The notes beneath the pieces were generated by a model. It ran no database searches. It had not been told where the DNA came from and worked only from the letters and a program-made list of their open reading frames with translations. The position numbers and the translations under genes are program-made. A stretch of 64,000 bases of DNA. Source: Candidatus Caenarcanales bacterium (GTDB lineage: Bacteria; Cyanobacteriota; Vampirovibrionia; Caenarcaniphilales; Caenarcanaceae). Location: contig JBGSRC010000007.1 in NCBI GenBank assembly GCA_041737745.1, positions 92,678-156,677 of the forward strand, given 5' to 3'. The first letter of the stretch is position 1. Every line of letters begins with the position of its first letter. Below are positions 37,588 to 45,024 of the stretch, piece after piece.

Positions 37588-38961
37588 ATGAAAATAGAAC
37601 TAGAACAGCTTCCAGAATCTCGGGCAAAAATGGCCATCCAGTTTGGGACGGATCAGACCTCAAAAGCCTATAGCAATGCTCTCAAGGAAGCCTCGAAAAG
37701 CGTCCAAGTGCCTGGCTTCAGACCTGGTCAAGTACCTAAAGACATGATCGAAAAACAGGTAGGGATTGAACGCCTGCAAGCCCACGCTCTGGAGCTAGTG
37801 CTCACCGAACATCTGAACAAAATAATTGCCGAAAAAGGCTTGGATTTGATCAGCCGTCCTGAGCTCCAAGATTATCTCTTCGTCCAAGACGGCCTAAAAG
37901 TGACAGTGGCGCTTGAACTCAGGCCCTCAGTCAAGCTCGGTAACTACAAAGGCCTAGTGCTCACCATCCCCAAGCCAAAGCTTCCTGAGCTTACCAGCGA
38001 CAAATTACTGGAAAAGCTAGCCCGCGATCTCGCTCCTTGGGAAGAACAAGACGCTAGCTCTGCCGTCGCTGCTCGCGAAGACAAACTGATCTTAGATTTT
38101 AAAGGTCGCCTCAAAGCTACAAGCGAGCCTGTGCCTGACTCTTCAGCTGAAGACATGGAAGCAGTTCTGAATGAGGAGACTTTCCCGACAAATGTGATCG
38201 AGCAGATGCTCGGCAAATCCTGCAATGAAGACTTTGAGGTCAGCACCACTTTCCCCGCCGACCATAATCTCGCTGAACTAGCCGGTCAAGAGGCGATCTT
38301 TGCCGTGCACATCAAACAAATTGCCCGCAAATCTGCTTTGCCAATAGACGACGAGCTGGCCACCAAGACAGGCCGCAAAGATCTAGCAGACCTAAATCAA
38401 GCCCTAGCAGGCGAAATAACTAAAACAGTAAATGCCGTTGAAGATTTGCGTCTAAGAGCCTTTGCTCTCGATCAATTCTTGCAAGAGACCAGCATTGAGA
38501 TCCCCCTCTGGTTAAAAGAAAGAGACGCCAATCGCCTTAAAGAAATAGCCGAGCAGCAGGAGGGCGAAGAAGAGCATGTGCACGGCGAAAACTGCAATCA
38601 CGATCACGATCATGAAGATGAAAAGCCGGAAATTATTCTCACAGAAGAAGATTTGGCTCTCTCAGAGCGTCGCCTGCACCTGCAACTAGCCCTTACGGAA
38701 ATAGCCAAAGAAGAGAAGATCTCGGTGAACCAACAAGAATTGCAAGGAGCAGTGGCCGCTTACATGAGAGCTACAGAGCTGCCCAAAGAAAACGTCACGC
38801 AAGAGCTAGTGAGCTTCTTAGCTGAAGATCTCGTGCTGCGCAAAGCAATTGCGTTGCTTGGGATCGAAGCTAAGCCCACCTTCGTCGAAGAGGACGAAAC
38901 TAACCTAAAAGTACTGCAAGAAAAGATCGAGTCACTACGTCAGATTTGTCCTTATTTCTAG
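37588..38961 (+). CDS. tig: trigger factor, with an unusual His/Asp-rich insertion (HVHGENCNHDHDHEDEKPE)
   Basis: N-terminal ribosome-binding domain with GFRPGQVP motif, followed by PPIase and C-terminal arm domains. Start set at MKIELEQ (37588). Confidence 0.85.
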   Translation: MKIELEQLPESRAKMAIQFGTDQTSKAYSNALKEASKSVQVPGFRPGQVPKDMIEKQVGIERLQAHALELVLTEHLNKIIAEKGLDLISRPELQDYLFVQDGLKVTVALELRPSVKLGNYKGLVLTIPKPKLPELTSDKLLEKLARDLAPWEEQDASSAVAAREDKLILDFKGRLKATSEPVPDSSAEDMEAVLNEETFPTNVIEQMLGKSCNEDFEVSTTFPADHNLAELAGQEAIFAVHIKQIARKSALPIDDELATKTGRKDLADLNQALAGEITKTVNAVEDLRLRAFALDQFLQETSIEIPLWLKERDANRLKEIAEQQEGEEEHVHGENCNHDHDHEDEKPEIILTEEDLALSERRLHLQLALTEIAKEEKISVNQQELQGAVAAYMRATELPKENVTQELVSFLAEDLVLRKAIALLGIEAKPTFVEEDETNLKVLQEKIESLRQICPYF

Positions 38962-38979
38962 AGATTTTGGCTTGAGGTC

Positions 38980-39729
38980 ATGAGCTATCTGCAATTTCAC
39001 CTTTGTTTTATCTTTCCGGCAATTTTATTTGCTGCTCTTTGGGGTGACAAGAAGATCAAGCCGAGCGATTATTTAGTTTTAGGGATGATTGCTGTCATTG
39101 CCCTCGCCTATACTTTCATTTGGGACAAGCATCTGATCGAGAAGGGCGTTTGGACTTATCCTGTTGGCGTTGTCATTGGGGCTTTTCAGCGCATTCCCTA
39201 TGAAGAATTAGCTTTTATGTTGCTCCAGCCTTTTTTGGTGGGCTTGGCTTTCATTACGCTCAGTGATTTGCCAGAGCAACCTGATAGCACTAGGCCGATC
39301 ATTCCGGGGATCTTTGAGTGGTCTTGTTTTGGGTTTTGCTTAATGATTGCTTATGGGGGATATCAGCTGATGGGGCAGGCTTCGTATTATTATTTGGGGA
39401 TCATTTTGGCTTGGGCTGTGCCTATGGTCGGCTTGCAGCAGCTGTGGGGGGCTAGTGAGATTTTTGCTGTGCTTCGTAGATTTCCTTTGGCTTTTCTTGT
39501 GCCTACTCTTTATCTTTGTTTGGCTGATGCTTTTGCAATTTCGCAGGGGATTTGGAGCATTGCGCCTGCTTTCAGCACTGGCTTGAAGCTTGGTGTGTTG
39601 CCTGTTGAAGAGATTTTGTTTTTCACTGTGACTGATTTATTGGTTATTCAGGGTTTGATTTGTTATCGCTGCAGGAGCTTTTCCCCAAGGCTGAGCTTCG
39701 ATCCGTCTGGGGCTGTTAGCCCACAGTAG
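38980..39729 (+). CDS. lycopene cyclase domain (CrtYcd-like, two tandem half-domains) membrane protein
   Basis: Two copies of the lycopene cyclase domain signature (PYEELAFMLLQPF and LPVEEILFFTVTDLLVIQGL) in a roughly 250-aa polytopic protein. No other carotenoid genes nearby. Confidence 0.55.
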   Translation: MSYLQFHLCFIFPAILFAALWGDKKIKPSDYLVLGMIAVIALAYTFIWDKHLIEKGVWTYPVGVVIGAFQRIPYEELAFMLLQPFLVGLAFITLSDLPEQPDSTRPIIPGIFEWSCFGFCLMIAYGGYQLMGQASYYYLGIILAWAVPMVGLQQLWGASEIFAVLRRFPLAFLVPTLYLCLADAFAISQGIWSIAPAFSTGLKLGVLPVEEILFFTVTDLLVIQGLICYRCRSFSPRLSFDPSGAVSPQ

Positions 39730-39789
39730 AAAGAAAATTTCTGCACTCACTTGCTTTTATGAGCACCAAATATAATGGGGACTTCGCCT

Positions 39790-40704
39790 TCAAACCCCAT
39801 GAAAAAATCGAGCAAAGTGAAAAAATACCGGTGCAACCCAAATCAAACTATCAACTCGATCTAAAACCCCCCCATGACCGGGCAAAAGCTCTCCAAAATC
39901 TTTGATCCCCAGATCACGCTTGAATCCACTCATCACCAAATCCCCCAACTGACCTCCCAAACCAACAATCACCCCAGCCAAGGCCACCTGCCAAAAACTA
40001 AAATGGGGAAAAGCAAAAGTCCAATTGAAGAAAGCCAAAATCAAACTCGAGAGCAAGCCCAAGACTGACCCCTCAATCGTTTTATTTGGGGATATGACAC
40101 TAAAGTTTGTCCGACCACAAGTCTTGCCCCAAAGAAAGCAGAGAGCGTCATTCAGCTGCGTAAAAATGAGAACGTAAAGCAAGTACCCTAGCCCATAACT
40201 ACAATTGGCTAGATAACCTAGATGTCCCAGAAACCAGCCAAAGTAAATCACCCCCACAGACCCTAAACCAAGCTGCACCAAAGCTCCCTCGTACTGATTC
40301 TTGAAAATAGGAATGAGCGAAAGCAAAACAATGCCCCAAATCGGCAAAGCCATGAAGAGCGGATAATTATCGAAAATCGAACAAGCGGTAAAGCCGACGA
40401 TCAAAGCCCGAATCACCCATAAAGCCCACTGACCCAAAGCAGGAGTAGCCTTGTGCAGCTCTTCAATCGCAAGCAAAGAAAGCAGGCCGACAGCCAATGC
40501 CCAAGCCCAAGACCCAAGCCAAAGCGGCAGAAAGACACAAGGAATGATCCCCAACCAAGTCAAGTAAGGCTTCTTGGCTGCCTCGATCGGCTTCAACCAG
40601 ACGAGCAGACCCAGTAGGCCGTAAATCCCCAACGCAAGTCCGGTGTAGGTTAACAAGACTGGACTGGGGAAGCTGAAAGTGAAAGGTGCAGGCATGTTTA
40701 GCAA
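39790..40704 (-). CDS. cdsA: phosphatidate cytidylyltransferase (CDP-diglyceride synthase)
   Basis: Signature SGFKRDLGIKDFGELLPGHGGVLDRVDS. Confidence 0.85.
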   Translation of the reverse strand: MLNMPAPFTFSFPSPVLLTYTGLALGIYGLLGLLVWLKPIEAAKKPYLTWLGIIPCVFLPLWLGSWAWALAVGLLSLLAIEELHKATPALGQWALWVIRALIVGFTACSIFDNYPLFMALPIWGIVLLSLIPIFKNQYEGALVQLGLGSVGVIYFGWFLGHLGYLANCSYGLGYLLYVLIFTQLNDALCFLWGKTCGRTNFSVISPNKTIEGSVLGLLSSLILAFFNWTFAFPHFSFWQVALAGVIVGLGGQLGDLVMSGFKRDLGIKDFGELLPGHGGVLDRVDSLIWVAPVFFHFARFFHGV

Positions 40705-40807
40705 GAATTATTTCACAAGCAACAATCCCCAATAGCAAATATGCCGCTTGCAGCCTTCTCTCTGATAATATTTCCAAGTCATGCAGCGCTCCCCTTACGG
40801 CATCAAG

Positions 40808-41761
40808 ATGAAGAGTCTAGGATCGGCTCTTCCCACAAAAATAATCACCAACGAAGACCTTGGCCTGCTGATGGACACTAACGACGAATGGATCAAAAGT
40901 CGCACCGGCATCTCAGAGCGCCGGATCTGCACCGGTAACGAAGACGGACTAGAACTCTCAGTGATAGCCGCCAACAAAGCCCTAGGTGATACCGATCCCA
41001 ATGAACTCGATTTGATCATTGTTGCTACTTCTACCCCTGATTTTCTTTATCCGTCCATGGCCTGTCGCCTCCAAGAGAGACTAGGCGCGAAGCGCGCTTT
41101 TGGTTTCGATCTCAGTGCTGCCTGCTCAGGTTTCGTCTATGGCCTAGTAAACGCTTATCAGTTCATCAGAAGCGGCGACGTGAAGCGAGTAATTTTGGTG
41201 GGTGTTGATATTCATTCGCGTTTTATCGATTGGCAGGATAGATCGACGGCTATTCTCTTTGGTGACGGGGCGGGGGCTGTGCTTTTAGAAAGTTGCTCGT
41301 CAGAAGAAAATGAACTTTTGGCTTATAGCCTACACTCTGACGGATCTGGCGCTTGTGATCTCACTTTACCCAATGCTGGTGCCGCTTTCCCTCAGAGCCA
41401 AGCTTCTATTGAGGCTCCTAAGGTCCAAATGAATGGTCGAAAAATCTATCAGTTTGCCGTCAGCACTATTCCGCTCTCTGTCGAAGAGACAGCTCAGAAG
41501 GCTGGACTGACCAGCAAAGACGTCGATTATTTGGTCTGTCATCAGGCGAACCAGCGGATCATTGAGTCGGTGGCGGGAAAGATGGGCTTGCCTCTAGATC
41601 GGTGTCTGAGTAATCTGGCTTCTGTCGGCAACACCTCGGCGGCCAGTATTCCGCTTGTTTTAGACCAATATTTTTCGCTCATTCCGGCTGCGTCAGTTTT
41701 GGCTTTGACTGGTTTTGGGGCTGGTCTCACTTGGGGCACTGTCCTCTGGCGCAAAGCTTGA
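40808..41761 (+). CDS. fabH: 3-oxoacyl-ACP synthase III
   Basis: Active-site Cys in ACSGFVYGL, plus the His/Asn region HQANQRII...GNTSAASIP. Start set at MKSLGSALP (40808). Confidence 0.9.
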   Translation: MKSLGSALPTKIITNEDLGLLMDTNDEWIKSRTGISERRICTGNEDGLELSVIAANKALGDTDPNELDLIIVATSTPDFLYPSMACRLQERLGAKRAFGFDLSAACSGFVYGLVNAYQFIRSGDVKRVILVGVDIHSRFIDWQDRSTAILFGDGAGAVLLESCSSEENELLAYSLHSDGSGACDLTLPNAGAAFPQSQASIEAPKVQMNGRKIYQFAVSTIPLSVEETAQKAGLTSKDVDYLVCHQANQRIIESVAGKMGLPLDRCLSNLASVGNTSAASIPLVLDQYFSLIPAASVLALTGFGAGLTWGTVLWRKA

Positions 41762-41888
41762 AGCTTCACCCAGCTGAAAAGTAAATTACTTTGCCCTCAA
41801 GGAATTCAACTTTCCCAACGACAAGTGAGAGGAGAGTCAAGCATTCACCACAAAATCAGGGCAAAAAGAATTTATACTGGTTTATTAG

Positions 41889-42446
41889 ATGGTAGATTTC
41901 AATAAAATAATCCCCAACTTTCCCCTCCCCCCCGAGCGACCCCAATCGCAAACTGATAAAGCTGACCAAAAAGCGAAACTGAGTGAAAAGAAAGCAAGCC
42001 CAAACTCTCAAGTAAAAGCCGGTGAAGAGCCTGAACTAGACGGCCTCGTCGATAAATTGCCCCCGGATAAAGTAATCAGTAAGCTCGGTGAGCTGCTGGA
42101 AAAATCAGTAAAAGATCCGCGCGTCGAAAAGATGCTCTTAGAGATGAAAGTCTCTCCCGATAGCCGCCAAGCCGTCGCGCTCTGCGCCTTCTCTTGCATC
42201 AAACAAATTTTAGGTAAGCGCCTCAACCTGACAAATGATGACGAGAAGTCAGTGCTAGAGAGCATCAAGCAAGAATACGAGGAGAGCGTGCAAAAACAAG
42301 GCTCGCTAGATCCCGACGAACGCAAGAAAAAGCAACGCGAGAGAAAGAAAAAAAGCAAACCTAAAGTCAATGCCCTGCTCCATATCATTGAAGAAGCTCT
42401 GCACAAGCTTGATTTGCGTCCTAGTGGTTTATCTTCAGAGGGTTAA
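41889..42446 (+). CDS. hypothetical Lys/Glu-rich protein (low-GC island)
   Basis: No family; strongly basic C-terminal tail KKKQRERKKKSKPK. Confidence 0.45.
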   Translation: MVDFNKIIPNFPLPPERPQSQTDKADQKAKLSEKKASPNSQVKAGEEPELDGLVDKLPPDKVISKLGELLEKSVKDPRVEKMLLEMKVSPDSRQAVALCAFSCIKQILGKRLNLTNDDEKSVLESIKQEYEESVQKQGSLDPDERKKKQRERKKKSKPKVNALLHIIEEALHKLDLRPSGLSSEG

Positions 42447-42518
42447 ATTTTTCTAAAGAGGGCTTGCTTTTAGAGCTTGACAGGTGGATAATTTAAACTC
42501 ACTGTTTTTCTGATCTCT

Positions 42519-42920
42519 ATGCCAATTCAGCCTACTATTCTTTCTCTCTCTAGAAATATCTTTAAATCTTCTTATCGTAGCGGTGAACTTTATGAACAGC
42601 AGAGGAAAGTAGAAGAAGCAGCATGTCTCATAAAAGGCTCCAGCGATCCTGTCTTTGCTAATGCTTTAAACGCTTTTATCTGCCGCTGGAAAGGGGTGCT
42701 TGGTAAGAAGTGTGACAAGATCACAGAAGCAAAAGCGACTGTAGCGATAATGTCTAAACTGGCCAAAGAAATATCCGGTAAGAATTTTGAAAAATTGATC
42801 AACGATCACATAGACGGTTTAGATACTGATACGCTAGCTTTCGCTGCTACTGAGAGTGGAAAGAAACAACAGTTAGTGCTCAAGGCAATAGAATTGCTCA
42901 ACCAAGCCATCAGGGGTTAA
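42519..42920 (+). CDS. small hypothetical protein, MPIQ N-terminus family (low-GC island)
   Basis: Starts MPIQPTILSLSRN; the 5' end ATGCCAATTCAG is shared with 28583 and 59959. Confidence 0.45.
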   Translation: MPIQPTILSLSRNIFKSSYRSGELYEQQRKVEEAACLIKGSSDPVFANALNAFICRWKGVLGKKCDKITEAKATVAIMSKLAKEISGKNFEKLINDHIDGLDTDTLAFAATESGKKQQLVLKAIELLNQAIRG

Positions 42921-42969
42921 GTCTTTTTAGTATTCTAATAGTCGCAAACCTGTATGGTAATATTCTTAA

Positions 42970-43512
42970 ATGTCTTACGTTTCTAACACTTATAATACTC
43001 GAGAAATAATCGGAAAAGTCACCTGTAGTCCTGAGCAACTAGGCATGCCTTGTGACTCACCAGAAGAGATCAGGCTGATAGACTCTCTTTCCCGCAAGGC
43101 AGGGCAAATGGGAAACTCCGTTTTTGGCGGAGGAATCAATGAACTGATCAATTTGGGAGTGATTAAGCGTTTTTCTTCACCCAGCGAGTGGCAAGCTTCT
43201 CAAGCAAGCTCTACGCTCAGTAATCCAGCAAAAGAAATCTACGATCACCTAAAAAGCTTTATTCTCGGCTGGCACAAAGATAACCCCAATTTCTCCCGCG
43301 AGACACCGAACAGAGTGACAGTATCCACTAAGCCCAATCCCGAAGGTCTACTGATTCTTGGCTTTGGTTTGATGGTGAGCGTGTTGATGTATCTACTCTC
43401 AAAGCTTTCGCCACCACCTCAGCCCCAAATTATTACAACCAGCTTGACTCTCACTCCCGCTGGTATCTCGTCTTTAGGGAAAGCTCCTCAGCCAGTCTAT
43501 GTGATCAAGTAA
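42970..43512 (+). CDS. hypothetical tail-anchored membrane protein (low-GC island)
   Basis: Single C-terminal TM helix (LLILGFGLMVSVLMYLLSKL) followed by a Pro/Gln-rich tail. Confidence 0.45.
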   Translation: MSYVSNTYNTREIIGKVTCSPEQLGMPCDSPEEIRLIDSLSRKAGQMGNSVFGGGINELINLGVIKRFSSPSEWQASQASSTLSNPAKEIYDHLKSFILGWHKDNPNFSRETPNRVTVSTKPNPEGLLILGFGLMVSVLMYLLSKLSPPPQPQIITTSLTLTPAGISSLGKAPQPVYVIK

Positions 43513-43530
43513 TAGAGTTATCATCTGTTC

Positions 43531-43950
43531 ATGAGACTCTTTTTCTTTTCGTTACTTATGTGCTTAGTACTCGGTTCTGATTCGCTGGAAGCGGCAAACA
43601 GCAAGAACGTCCTAGGAAGCCAACTGCAGGTCTGTGGACTAGAGCCGAAGACCGGTTTTTTCCGCAATGGTCTTTGTGAGACTGGTCCTAGTGACTCTGG
43701 TGTTCATGTTGTTTGTGCCCAGATGACCGATGAGTTCTTACGTTTTACGCTCAGCCAAGGCAATGACTTGATCAGTGCCAGAGGGTCTTCTTTTCCGGGA
43801 CTAAAAGATGGCGATAGGTGGTGTCTCTGTGCCTTGCGTTGGCGTGAGGCTGACGAGGCTGGTCTTGCACCTCCTGTGATTCTCGAGTCCACAAATCAAG
43901 CTGCTTTGAAGTACGTGGAACTAGAGAAGCTGAAAAAGAAGGCTATTTAG
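43531..43950 (+). CDS. DUF2237 family protein with N-terminal signal-peptide-like extension
   Basis: NVLGSQLQVCGLEPKTGFFRNGLCETGPSDSGVHVVCAQMTDEFL...GNDL...FPGLKDGDRWCLCALRW...APPVILESTNQAAL matches the DUF2237 consensus. It is preceded by MRLFFFSLLMCLVLGSDSLEA. Confidence 0.7.
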   Translation: MRLFFFSLLMCLVLGSDSLEAANSKNVLGSQLQVCGLEPKTGFFRNGLCETGPSDSGVHVVCAQMTDEFLRFTLSQGNDLISARGSSFPGLKDGDRWCLCALRWREADEAGLAPPVILESTNQAALKYVELEKLKKKAI

Positions 43951-44857
43951 GGGAAGAGCTAGGGCTTGCTATCGCTTTTTTCCCATCCCAGATTTCTTTA
44001 GCGTAGTCTGGAGTATCTTCACGGTAGATCACATGTTGCTTGGTTTTGCCATCTTTATCAACATAATTTGTGGCGATACGTTGAGGGTAGTGACTGGCCG
44101 GAAATTCATAGCCATAACCGGGGAACAGTTTGCCTTGATTGGCTGCAATGACTGCTTGGCTGGACTCTTGCTCTGTGATTCTTGTACCTTGACAATATAG
44201 TGATATCTGGGGCAAGAAATAAGGCTTGTCTTCTTTTGGATTCACTTTATAAAGAATGGAGCGCAGAACCTGAATCTCAAGTTTGTCGCTTTCCGGAAGA
44301 TAGTTGATCCGTTGCATCTCCACAAGATCTTGGCCTTCAACGTTGGTAAGGAGTTTTGCTTTAAGAAGATTTGGCTCTGAGTTAGTTTTGTCAAAGACTT
44401 TCCAGTCACTTAGTTTTGGGTTAAATTGTTTTGATTTAGCTTCGTTGAGATTCAAGATCTTCCAGTCAAGCAGATAATCTTTTTTACTGTATTCTTTCTT
44501 GACGCTTTCGGCAAGCATCCAAGGCTTACCTGGCTCAGACTGCTTTAGTTGGTAAAGATTGGGGAAGATGTGAAAAGTGGCTTCATCGGAAAAGCAAGTG
44601 ACAAACCATGCGCCTTTGCTTGTGCTTTGTTTTTCGTTTGTTGGGTTTAACTTGAACTGATTGCGCCATTCGGTGTGTCCGCTTAAAGAGCGCTCGCTAA
44701 GGTCTTTTTTGATGGAGGCAGGGTATTCGTAGGCTCCTACAGCCGTTTCGATCTTATTAAGTCTCTGTTTTTTTGCTTCTTCTTGTGGATTTGCGCAGGC
44801 GGTGAGGCAAGACAAACCGAGGAGAGCTAGCAGAATTTTTTTATTGCTTGATTTCAT
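43943..44857 (-). CDS. hypothetical lipoprotein
   Basis: Lipoprotein signal MKSSNKKILLALLGLSCLTAC; no family. Confidence 0.5.
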   Translation of the reverse strand: MKSSNKKILLALLGLSCLTACANPQEEAKKQRLNKIETAVGAYEYPASIKKDLSERSLSGHTEWRNQFKLNPTNEKQSTSKGAWFVTCFSDEATFHIFPNLYQLKQSEPGKPWMLAESVKKEYSKKDYLLDWKILNLNEAKSKQFNPKLSDWKVFDKTNSEPNLLKAKLLTNVEGQDLVEMQRINYLPESDKLEIQVLRSILYKVNPKEDKPYFLPQISLYCQGTRITEQESSQAVIAANQGKLFPGYGYEFPASHYPQRIATNYVDKDGKTKQHVIYREDTPDYAKEIWDGKKAIASPSSSPK

Positions 44858-44947
44858 GGCTGGTTTTTGAGGAGCTCAGAGACTTTAGTTTTCTATTTTC
44901 ATTACTCTAGCAGGGTGAGCTTTTCTTTGCTCTGCGCCAAATATTTC

Positions 44948-44985
44948 TCAAAAAGAAAGCCCTAGTACTGTTTAAAGTTAGGGCT
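44948..44985 (-). terminator. rho-independent terminator candidate downstream of the large surface-protein gene
   Basis: On the minus strand: AGCCCTA stem, 14-nt loop, TAGGGCT, then TTCTTTTT. Confidence 0.5.
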
Positions 44986-45024
44986 CACTTATTGAAAAAA
45001 TTACTTATTTAAATTAATTTTTGA

